From a bacterium (GTDB lineage Bacteria > UBA8248), in the NCBI GenBank assembly GCA_965213685.1, contig CBDBZY010000064.1, positions 576,001-640,000 of the forward strand: DNA of 64,000 bases, in the 5' to 3' direction. This document shows positions 54,681 through 64,000 of the stretch, piece after piece. Made by a program: the position numbers and the translations under genes. How positions within the stretch are numbered: the first letter of the stretch is position 1; every line of letters starts with the position of its first letter. The notes under the pieces are model-generated. The model was given only the letters and a program-made list of their open reading frames with translations. It searched no databases and was not told the DNA's origin.

Positions 54681-55281
54681 TAGCCTCGTACCCAGGCCGC
54701 GTGGGAGGGGGCCTGGTGTATACTGTTTGCGCATGCGCGTTCGCGTCCGTGAACTTAGATTTCGTGAATTCACTTCTCCTGAACGGAATGAATATGCGGG
54801 CCAAGAATGAGGACTTCACGTTCTTGAGCGTGTAGAGATGGCGAGTTCCACGCATACCGTTTCCCGCTTCTGCGCCTGTGCGGTACAGACGAAACACTAC
54901 ACGGCCCTCTTCAGTCCAGGAGGCTTGAACAAGTATCTTCCTGCTCGCATGGCAAAGCTATATGAAGTACCTATAAGCTTTATCGCTTCTCTCTACTCCT
55001 TCTTCAGGACGATGTCACCGCGCTTAACTGAAGACAGGGGGGCAGCATCGAACTCGCTTGTCGCGCGAACAGTCATCGTTGCAGAAACAGAAACGGACGC
55101 GAGCGATGATTACGTATTCGTTTACGGAATGTTTTACGAAGTAGTTTACCGAAAAGTACGAGTACCCAGATTTTGGGTACTTCTGGAACAGTGTATACCA
55201 TGTACCAGGCCGCTTCTCATCCGCACGTGGCCCCTCCCCAGCACGTGCCTCCCCGCGCGGTGCGGCCTGGATACGAGGCCA
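54681..55281. mobile_element. TAGCC...GGCCA non-autonomous element, 9-bp TSD (AcademH-like)
   Basis: TIR TAGCCTCGTACCCAGGCCGC / GCGGCCTGGATACGAGGCCA; TSD AATTGGTGT (54672-80, 55282-90). Confidence 0.85.
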
Positions 55282-55456
55282 AATTGGTGTATATGTTCCG
55301 CCCGGATGCGCAACCGCTGCCCCGTTGATTAACCGGACATCCGGTTAATCAACCGGATGCCCGGTTGATCAACCGGACAATAAGTTTGCGCACTGAGGAT
55401 TTACGGTCTTACGTACTGTCGAGGCGTCAGTCAACTGTCGATGTGACACGTACACG

Positions 55457-57611
55457 ATGGCCAACGGTAGCGAGACTGTCTTTCAGACGTACCTGGACGA
55501 AACGTTCCCAAGTGATGGCAAGCGTACGAGGAGTGCGATAGTCAGAGAGTCCTTTGCACGGAAGATAGTCAACTACCTTAAAGGCGAGCAGCAGGACGCA
55601 GACAAGGGATTTCGCCACTTCGTCAAGAAGAGCGGTTTCGAACTTCTCGATCTGCCTTCTGTGGGGATTAGGGATGCTTTGGTGATTCGAGTGAAAGAAG
55701 AGAAGAAGGTGCGTGTATATAGTAGTAAACCAGTTATATACAACTGTACACGTACATGTTGGCATAAAGTAGTGTCTGTTTAAGACTTGTAGTTCACCTC
55801 TAAAATCAAGCCAACACTTGCTTCAGAAAAGTACTACTCACAAGTGGATATCACATTGTAATTCTTTGTTTTTACCACCTGTGTTTACTTCCATAATGAG
55901 AATGACCGCACCATGATGAGTGGCTACAGGAGAGTGGCAGTGGCAGAAGAGTTTTATGGGATCTTGCAACAAGTCCATAACAAGGACTGCCTACATGCTG
56001 GCCTAAAGAAAACCTTTGCCAGGGTATGTTGGCTGCTGAACTTTCTCACACTTGCGATGTACTCTACATGTATGTCTTGTAGGATCAGCTGACATTGAAC
56101 ATGAAATTTTTTCACATGTGTATGGCCTGCCTGCACTTCTTTAATCTCGCATCACTTACTTGATATGTTTTCCTTTGATAGATCCAAAGTGTGTACTCCC
56201 ACCTGCCAAGAAGTGTGGTCGAACAGTACGTGAAACTGTGTCCTACATGCAACCTGCGCAAGCCTCAGGCTACTCAGCCTCCACTACGTCCCATTTTGAC
56301 TAATGGGCTCTTCTCTCGTGTGCAGGTAGAAACTCAAAAAAATTTTGGATTGCATCATCAGGGAATTGTGTCTAATCCATGTGGCATATTTTTTCTCTCA
56401 GATTGATCTTATTGACATGAGGCATGCGCCTCACAATGGCTACAAGTGGATTCTACATGTAGTGGACCACTGGTCCAAATTCCACTTTGCCTACCCCCTG
56501 GTCTCCAAGTCTGCCAGGGATGTTGCAAATGCACTTGAGAAGTGGGTGTTCCCAGTCATGGGATTACCCAGCATTCTCCAGAGCGATAATGGCCGGGAGT
56601 TTGTTAACAAACTCATAGAAGAGGTCGTAGCGACTTGGCCTGGACAGGTGCAACTCGTGAGTGGTCGGCCTCGCCACCCCCAGTCCCAAGGATTAGTGGA
56701 GCAGGCTCACTACACTCTGGAGCGGATGATGAGTGCAAGGATTTCCGAAAGTGGAACGCAACAACCTCCATGGTCAGATTGGCTTCCCCATATTACCTGT
56801 AAGTACATTCATGTATTAACTGGCTGTGTCTGATGGCCATGCAGTCACTTTGTGAAACTTTGTTCACCTAGATACTCTGAACACTCAAGTGCATGAAACA
56901 ACAAAGCACACACCATATGAATTGGTGTTCGGACAACCCCCCAGATCCTTGGTGATTCCGGACACAAAACTGAGGGGGAAAATCGATGAAGAAGATCTGG
57001 GAGAGGTAATTACTTCAGGGGATACATTACCTCATATACGTGTGTACATCTGCTCAAGGCTAGGCATCCTCTTTGTATGTGTCCTTGGTTAATAATAACA
57101 TGGTGGGTTGTAGTGTACATTTTGTGTACATGATATTGTTAGAGTAGTTTTCCAGCAATCAATCCTATATGAAACCCTGGTGTTCTTCCTGCCTCCTTCC
57201 TTTCTTTCTTTGATTTAATCTTTGGAATATACATGTTTTGATGTAATTATGAAGATGATTGTGTACACAAGCATTGTACATGTACATGTACATGTCAGTG
57301 ATGTTTGTCTACATACTTACACTCAGGCTTCTGACAGTGGAGAGGGCAGGATATGTGATGCAACAGTCCGTAACAATACAAGACAGGATGGTGGGCAAGA
57401 AGAGGATGACAGCCAACACAACAGAGACAGTGGTGGGCAAGAAGATGACAGCCAACACAACAGAGACAGTGGTGGGCAAGAAAATGATGGCACCGTAGAG
57501 GGTGGGTGCGGAGAAGATCCTCCTAGAGAGGATGTTGGACATGGAGATGACAGCCAAGACAAAGATGGCAGTTCAGATGACAGTAACAGCGAGAGGCTCC
57601 GGGAGAACTAA
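55457..57611 (+). CDS. Spliced integrase-like DDE transposase (KRBA2/SCAND3-like). Exons 55457-55708, 55901-56023, 56182-56325, 56402-56798, 56872-57005, 57327-57611
   Basis: H2C2 finger (VHNKDCLHAG...CPTC); core QIDLIDM, VDHWSKF, LQSDNGREF, RPRHPQSQGLVE, TPYELVFG. GT-AG junctions are phase-consistent. The C-terminus is probably degenerate. Confidence 0.85.
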
Positions 57612-58597
57612 CTGTGGGAAATGCAGACCAACATGTAAGTGTTACAAAAACTATTGGATGCTAGGTGTAACTATGTGCTTTCAAACGATGTTCTTTTGTC
57701 CATCTTTGTTTCATCCAGGCTCCTGGAACACACAATGCAGAAGAAAGGAGTGGTGAACAACATGCAAAAGAGGTATAACTGTGTACACATAAATGTAGGA
57801 CATTCAACATGTGAATGTGTATGGTGGTGATCAGTGTCAAAATTGAGTGTACGTTCCGTGATAGTCCACACATTTCACTTTTAGGCTCTAAAATAGGAGA
57901 TGTGCTCTGTGGAAATGGGCTCGTCTTCTGTGTGAGGGGATATGTCTTGTTAACCCTCAGTGTGCTTGTGCAGTGAGTTGTGCCATTGCAGCCACTGTGT
58001 GCCGAAGGGTTGCACTTCAGTGCTTTTCATTTTGTAGGAAGTACAAGTGTATGTGTTCTGTCTGTGAGGGGGGGTACATGTATGTCTTAGTTTTAAAGTG
58101 GGGATGTCTTGGTTTTGAAGGGAGCAAGACATGCATGCACCTCTTCCCACAGAACCCGCCCACTTACAGAACACACACTAAAACAAGACATATCCCCTAC
58201 AAGATGTACCCCTCTCACAGAAAGAGCACATACTCCCTTTAAAAACAAGACATACCCCCCTAATGGAACACATACCCCCTATTTTAGACTATAGCCTAAA
58301 ACTGAAATATGTCGACTATCGTAGAACACTCAATTTTGACAATCCATGGCATTGTAAGGATGACTGTACCTCAGAAAGTAGGACAAGCACAATAATCACA
58401 TGCATGACTAACTCACTTCATCTCGTCTTTGGGCAGACAGAAGTAAGGCAAGCTATAGCTCCACTACATAGTCTGATGTCTTAGTACTTACAACTATAGA
58501 TAGCAAAGTTGAGTATCTATGGTGTGCATTATGTGAGTAGTTTCCAATCCCGGTTATCTACATGTATGGGTGTGTCAACAACCTACAGCTTTGTGCT

Positions 58598-58633
<36 letters not shown>

Positions 58634-58779
58634 ACCCCGGCTATACCGACCTCATTGAAGATAAGGAGGCCCTATAGTTCACCACATACCTGTACATGTA
58701 CATGTACAATAGGTCCCATCTAGTTGTGATTCTTGACTAATTGATGTAGAGCATTACCAGTATGTAGCACTGTTACAAG

Positions 58780-59238
58780 TTGTTTCTCTCTCCACGTACA
58801 ATGCTGAAAGCACTGGCTACCCTTCCAAAACACCGAGAAGTTCGAGAGAAGCACATTGAAGTACGTTATGCAGACGTACAATGGCAAAGCGGGGTCAATG
58901 ACTGTGGCCTGTTTGCAATAGCATTTGCTACTAGTATTTGTTCTGGAATAGACCCCACCACAATCACTTTTGAACAGCGGATCATGAGAAGCCACCTCCT
59001 CGACTGCATCCTGTCTGGCAAACTGACCCCGTTTCCAGTAAGAAACAGCACCCGTAGACCAAAACCTTTCAAGAAAGAATACATTTCGATCTATTGTGTC
59101 TGCCGTCTAATCGACAATGGCTCACGAATGGTAGAGTGTGCATCGTGCCTTGAGTGGTTCCACCAATCTTGCGCAAGGGTGCCAGGACGTTTTTTGAAGA
59201 ACAAAGAACTGGACTGGAAATGTTTGAGCTGTGCATAG
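58780..59238 (+). CDS. Ulp1-like protease C-terminal part + PHD finger (transposon cargo, probably partial)
   Basis: VQWQSGVNDCGLFAIAFA (Ulp1 Q-x5-C catalytic segment) and YCVCR...MVECASCLEWFHQSC...WKCLSC (C4HC3). Lies inside the Ginger TIRs. Confidence 0.8.
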   Translation: MFLSPRTMLKALATLPKHREVREKHIEVRYADVQWQSGVNDCGLFAIAFATSICSGIDPTTITFEQRIMRSHLLDCILSGKLTPFPVRNSTRRPKPFKKEYISIYCVCRLIDNGSRMVECASCLEWFHQSCARVPGRFLKNKELDWKCLSCA

Positions 59239-61040
59239 TGAAGTCTACTCAGTTGTATTTGTTGTATATGGTACTTCTAGTGTGTTACAATAACAGTGTA
59301 GTATTAATTTTTGTATTGGTTCTATTGTAACTCAATGTGGTACACAAATTATAAAAAGTCACTTCTAGTGCATGCTATGTTTTTGGCATGGCCAATGTAC
59401 TAGCCGTCATAATTTCAGTACAAAAAAGCTGGGTAGCATGACCAGCTGTCATATATGTATCTCAAACTTGGTAGTTGGGAGGCAATGTATAGCCTAGATT
59501 CTCATTATCTCTCTCCCTCTGCTTCATGTCCCCCACCACTTCCCTAGCCTCTCTCCCTCCACTTCATGCCCCCCACTTTTCCCTAGCCTCTCTCCCTCAG
59601 CTTCACACCCCCCACCTTTTTCCTAACCACAGCCCCATTCAGATAAGGAATAGCACATTTCCACAAGGCAAGGGGACTGTGAATAATCTGTTGTGTGTGC
59701 ACATTGCAACTTGTGCAGAACAGTGTGCTTTGATTAGAAAACAAAGCCTGCATGGACTGTTCAAGTGTTGAATACACAGTAACATACGTACATTAATTGT
59801 ACCATGTTCTTGGCTGTCCCTCTCGAGTTCTTCCAGTTACAAACAAACTACCTGGCAGCGCAACCAGGAACATATCTCATTCTCAACGTTGTCTTCTCCC
59901 CTCAGCTTGCTGTGATAAACAACAGGTATATCTACATAAAGCAGGCACTATACCTTTTGCAACTTGTACAGCACAGTGTGCTTTAATTAGAAAAGGGTGG
60001 GCTAGCTGCTGCACGGAGCACAGAGTGCTTTAATTAGAAAACTAAGTATGCACTGTTCGAGTGTTGAATACATAGTAACGTACGTACCTTGTTTTTGGCT
60101 GTCCTTCTCGAGTTCTTCTGGTTAGCAACAAACTATCTGGCAGCGAAATTTCGCATTTGCGGTTGTGTAGTTAACTATCCGGGACAGCCGGTTGGACAAC
60201 CGGACGGCTGTCCGGTTACGCAACCAGGAACGTATCTCGTTCTCAACGTTGTCTTCTCCCCTCAGCTTGGTGTGATAAACAACAGGAACATCTACGTAGA
60301 GCAGGCAGCACACTTTCTATCGCTTGAACACCGGGACAACGGGTTGCTCATCCGGACGGCTATCCGGTTGTACAACCGGGCATAGCATACAATGGGTTGA
60401 GCATCCGGACTTCCGGTTGATCAACCGGGCATCCGGTTGATTAACCGGCGTCCGGTTGATCAACCGGCTGGGTTGCGCATCCGGGCGGAACATATATACT
60501 ATTAGCTAATAGCATGTCTGTTGGTAAAGTGTAATGTAATTGAACTGCTTCCTTATATGTCAGTCTATAGAAGTGCTGCAGGACTGCAGTCATTGCCTAA
60601 AATTATGACACAATATGATGTAACATACTTTCTCTAAGTGTGGTGTACACTTCACCTCAGGCAAAAGATTATACTGTGCTCTATGAAGTACAGCTGTAAC
60701 ATTCATTGGGGCTTCATCCTCACTGAGTCCAATAATGAAAAACTGTATCTCTTCCATCTGGGATAGAAATATTTGCCACTACTCTGAATATACGCACACA
60801 CAAGTAAGTACGTACAACAGCAGGTTGCTGAAATGGCCATGTAGTTGCATATCTTTTAAGTAACTGAGAAAGCCAGCTTCATGTAAGTAAGTAAGATTGC
60901 CAATTTTCTTCTTTGGCTTCTCTACAAAGTTGTCTCAGGTATAGCTGTGGTGTGTATATAGAATCATGTAAAAGTACATGAATTGCAAGAACACCTCTTT
61001 TTCTTTCAATATCTGCCTCAAAGATGACAGGGATATGCCT

Positions 61041-61646
61041 TAGTCTCGGCCCCAGACCCTTTCCGCGACCGCAGAGATCACGTGCGGAAAAGGGGGAAGG
61101 GAAGGGAAGGAAAGGGTCTGGCAAATACGGTGCACCTAGCACGGGAAAGAGCTGGAATGTGGGCTCGGGTGTGAAAAATGTAATTAGATCTAACCTTTTG
61201 AACCTTGATTGGGGTAGTAGCTTGGCGGCTCACACCGAAAAGCTCTGGAAGACGCGCTACGTTTCGCCTGTAGTGTAGTAGGTATTAGCCATTGAAGAAA
61301 CAGCAAACGGAGACTATACTAACATTTGCACGGGGACTTGACGTGTTTGTTTGTCTGCCGACCGGCTTTGGGAAGCCTCTTTGCTACGCTTTGCTACCGC
61401 TAGTGTTCGACTACCTCCTTCCCCCATCGTCTTCCCGTGCACTAGTCTCGCCGCAAGCCGTAATTTTTGCACAGGTGTTCCGCTACAACTTCATCTGCGG
61501 GTTTGCACCTACTTAACACGACTACAGCCTGCATTCCAATAGCCGCGCTAGGTGCATCGTATTTGCCAGACCCTTTCCTTCCCTTCCCCTCCCCCTTTTC
61601 CGTACGTGATCTCTGCGTTCGCGGAAAGGGTCTGGGGCCGAGACTA
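61041..61646 (+). mobile_element. AcademH-like non-autonomous element with RecQ helicase fragment
   Basis: ~100-bp TIRs TAGTCTCGGCCCCAGACC... / ...GGTCTGGGGCCGAGACTA; perfect 9-bp TSD GATATGCCT. Internal LKKQQTETILTFARGLDVFVCLPTGFGKPLCYALLP (RecQ motif 0/I) at 61292-61420. Confidence 0.85.
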
Positions 61647-62023
61647 GATATGCCTGGTGGTAGCTCACTGTGTAGGAATATGGCAGGAAGTTCTTTGTGA
61701 GGGACGTTTGACAACTTCTGTATATGCATTGTATGTTAAAACGAGCAGAGCTATAATACGTACACTAAGCTCGGTACCGGGCGTATATTGTAGTACTAAG
61801 CGTGGTACTAATTACATGACATAACTTCCGGCCGGTCTGACCGGCTGAACCATTCCAGCACGGAGCCTTTCTGGCACGTCACAGTCACCCATAGTCCATA
61901 GTCCAGGTTTTACAATTACCCCCCCTTGGCAGGTTTTACAATTACCCCCCCTTGGCACGTAAGCGCGTACGCGCGTGTGGGCCTCCCAGTGCCGGCGCGG
62001 CCGCGCCGGGAGGCCGGCCTCGA

Positions 62024-63390
62024 GGCCAGGGGGGGTAGGACAAGATCACGTGTGAACGTCATTGCTGATTCAGCAAGTCAAAACGTGCCATTGAAAAGTT
62101 GTACAGTTCATAGCTCTAGAAGGAAGAGGCTGCACAGTTTGGTAGACTATATACAGTTTGAGTAGACAACAACGGATAGGAATTTGCCATGCGCCGCCCT
62201 GCGCCACACTTCGTCTAGGAGCTAGTTGTCTCTCTTGTCAGTCCAGCATCGATGCTGACTGAGCTAGAAGGCTTTGACCGTCTCATACTGAGTTGAATAG
62301 CAGCTCTAAAAGCCATAATTCTAAAGTCAGCGCCAGTGACAGTCAGCTTTCTCCTACAGAAGGCCTTGTAATAGTGGATATTGAGGGCGTATACGAACTA
62401 AAGGAAACAATACTCGCTTTGCACCAGGTACGTTCGAGCTGTAGAGTACTGGATTGTATAGTTCCTACCACACTTAGCCTGATTGCTTGGTGAACAGAGG
62501 CCAGAACGCTAACGAAATTTCGAGGCAGTATACGCACGCTTCGTTTTGCTTCTCGGCCGAATGCCTTGCTCTTTGTTCCTACCTGCAGAGTTCTTGTAAG
62601 AGCGAACTTAAAGACTGCACCTGTCGCTTTGCTCTGGCGAGAACCAGCAGCGGTATATTACGTTAGTACAGGCCTTATGCAACTGGAATGTGCAACGTAA
62701 ATGATTGGTCATGTGACAATTACGCACTACCCGGAGGCAAATTTTTATCTGACGCACCCTTTTCGAACTTAGAAATTTGCGTGAGGTCAAGGTTCACAAT
62801 AAAGTGTGGAGGCGCGCGCAGCCGCAGTACATGGCAGTGCGTTCCCAACGTGATGTGAAAGGTGAACGTTTTGTTTCTTACATGGGGGTAAGAATAGGTG
62901 GGAGCAGGGGTGGCCATAGTCCCCCATGTTCCAGCTATTGTAGTGCTTATACAGTTTTTGTAGGCGGATATGGGTGTGGCTAGATGCCCCCTCCATTTAC
63001 TTCGTATAAACACAAAACTTTGTCGGTCACCATAACAAAACAAACGTAGTGCTTAATGTAAGTCTTGCGTTTATACATGGAAGTAGGAAGTACATGGTGG
63101 AGGGGGCATTTATACAAAAAGTCAGCCTACAAAAACTATATAAGCTTTGATAGCTGGCAAGTGGGAGGGCATGGCCACCCCTGCTCCCATCTATTCCTGC
63201 CCTCCATGTAAGAAACAGAAAGCTCACCTGTCACGTCATGTTTTCTCTGCCGGGGACACACTGCCGTGTACTGCGGCCGCGCGCGCCCCACACATTATTG
63301 TGAACCTTGACCTCACGCTAAAGCGTCTAATTTCGAAAAGGGTGCGTCAGATAAAAATTCGCTACCCGGAGCTTGTCCTACCCCCCGGCC
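62024..63390. mobile_element. GC-rich element with outer TIRs and an internal ~620-bp foldback
   Basis: GGCCAGGGGGGGTAGGACAAG / CTTGTCCTACCCCCCGGCC; 62738-62960 is an imperfect reverse complement of 63125-63360. No clear TSD. Confidence 0.55.
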
Positions 63391-63581
63391 AGGGCTAATT
63401 TTTTTTTGGACGTACTTTCGACTTAGTCTCCGAGTGCAACACGTTATGCACATGCGCAGTAGCGGTTGGGGCGGAGCCTAGCCCTGAGCTGGGGGCGAGG
63501 CATGTGCATGTGAGAGTGTGCTGGTAAAGACGCATAGTCAGATCCTCCGCTTGCCGAGAGGGGGTCTGGCTCGCGAGACTA

Positions 63582-64000
63582 CAGAGGAGCCTCCGAACAA
63601 CAGACACATTGGGAGCAGGCATTTTGTCCGTTGTAGAGAGGTGTCCCTATCTGGGAGGTTGACTCATAACTTGGATCTACCTCTAAGCACACTCTACCGA
63701 CTGTTGCTTAGGCATTTTAGTGGCCATACCAACCTGGTCTGAGCTATTTAGTTCAATAAACGTAGATACTACGCCGTAGAATCCTCGGTATAGGTACCGG
63801 TACACACGGGGAGCCACGCCCTCTCTCGTACGAGGGGGCGTGGCTTTCAGTCTGTCCGCTCTTAGAGGCTTTTTTGTACAGCCACGATCATTCTGAGCCT
63901 AGCTGAGTGTCCGTTGTCCGGAACAGAGAGGTTACAATTGTCCGTTTCTCGGAGGTTAAAAATGTACTAAACGAATGCTAAAATCAAACGGTGCCTTTCG
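63582..64000 (+). mobile_element. Probable Tc1/mariner(pogo)-type MITE, runs off the window
   Basis: Starts TA|CAGAGGAGCCTC with repeated TGTCCGTT...GAGGT motifs; the right end is not visible. Confidence 0.45.

Noticed and set aside
54838-55332. 164-aa ORF
   Set aside because: It crosses the boundary of two different elements and has no recognisable motif.
55310-55380. CRISPR-like short palindromic repeats (also 60160-60470)
   Set aside because: No unique spacers and no cas genes; these are subterminal repeats within transposon TIRs in eukaryotic DNA.
56345-56833. LTR retrotransposon or retroviral integrase, or a domesticated KRBA2 host gene
   Set aside because: No RT, RNase H, gag or LTR; the gene has introns and lies between TIRs with a 4-bp TSD.
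61292-61516. Host RecQ helicase gene
   Set aside because: Only a ~45-aa fragment with a mutated Walker A (GKP), enclosed by TIRs and a TSD.

Overview
Eukaryotic, intron-containing, repeat-dense animal DNA. The (CA)n/(CT)n/(ACATGT)n-rich introns and the gene families present suggest a demosponge; this is inference and cannot be proven from the window. The window contains a segmental duplication, 1-7526 vs 39912-50749, with a different transposon-filled middle in each copy. The duplicated block holds the 3' end of a CABIT+SAM (THEMIS/GAREM-like) gene, a decayed sulfotransferase-like gene and a single-exon O-fucosyltransferase-like gene that is intact at 49151-50686 and frameshifted at 5940-7451. 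Other genes: a near-complete spliced CABIT-SAM gene (28899-41792), a two-exon MACPF-like + putative beta-trefoil gene on the minus strand (22694-15670), and an orphan secreted precursor with repeated A-x-x-Q + amphipathic-helix units (53361-53948) whose stop codon comes from an inserted 85-bp hairpin element. Mobile DNA dominates the rest: a Ginger-type element (55294-60492) with a spliced integrase and Ulp1-PHD remnant, TAG...CTA elements with 9-bp TSDs (AcademH-like, one with a RecQ fragment), hAT5-, Kolobok-, CACTA-, P- and Helentron-like non-autonomous elements, CR1-group LINE fragments, a Penelope 3' end with a minimal hammerhead ribozyme, and tRNA-Thr-like SINEs. Most ORF-track entries are microsatellite or antisense noise. 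All family assignments come from motif recognition by eye, without database searches.
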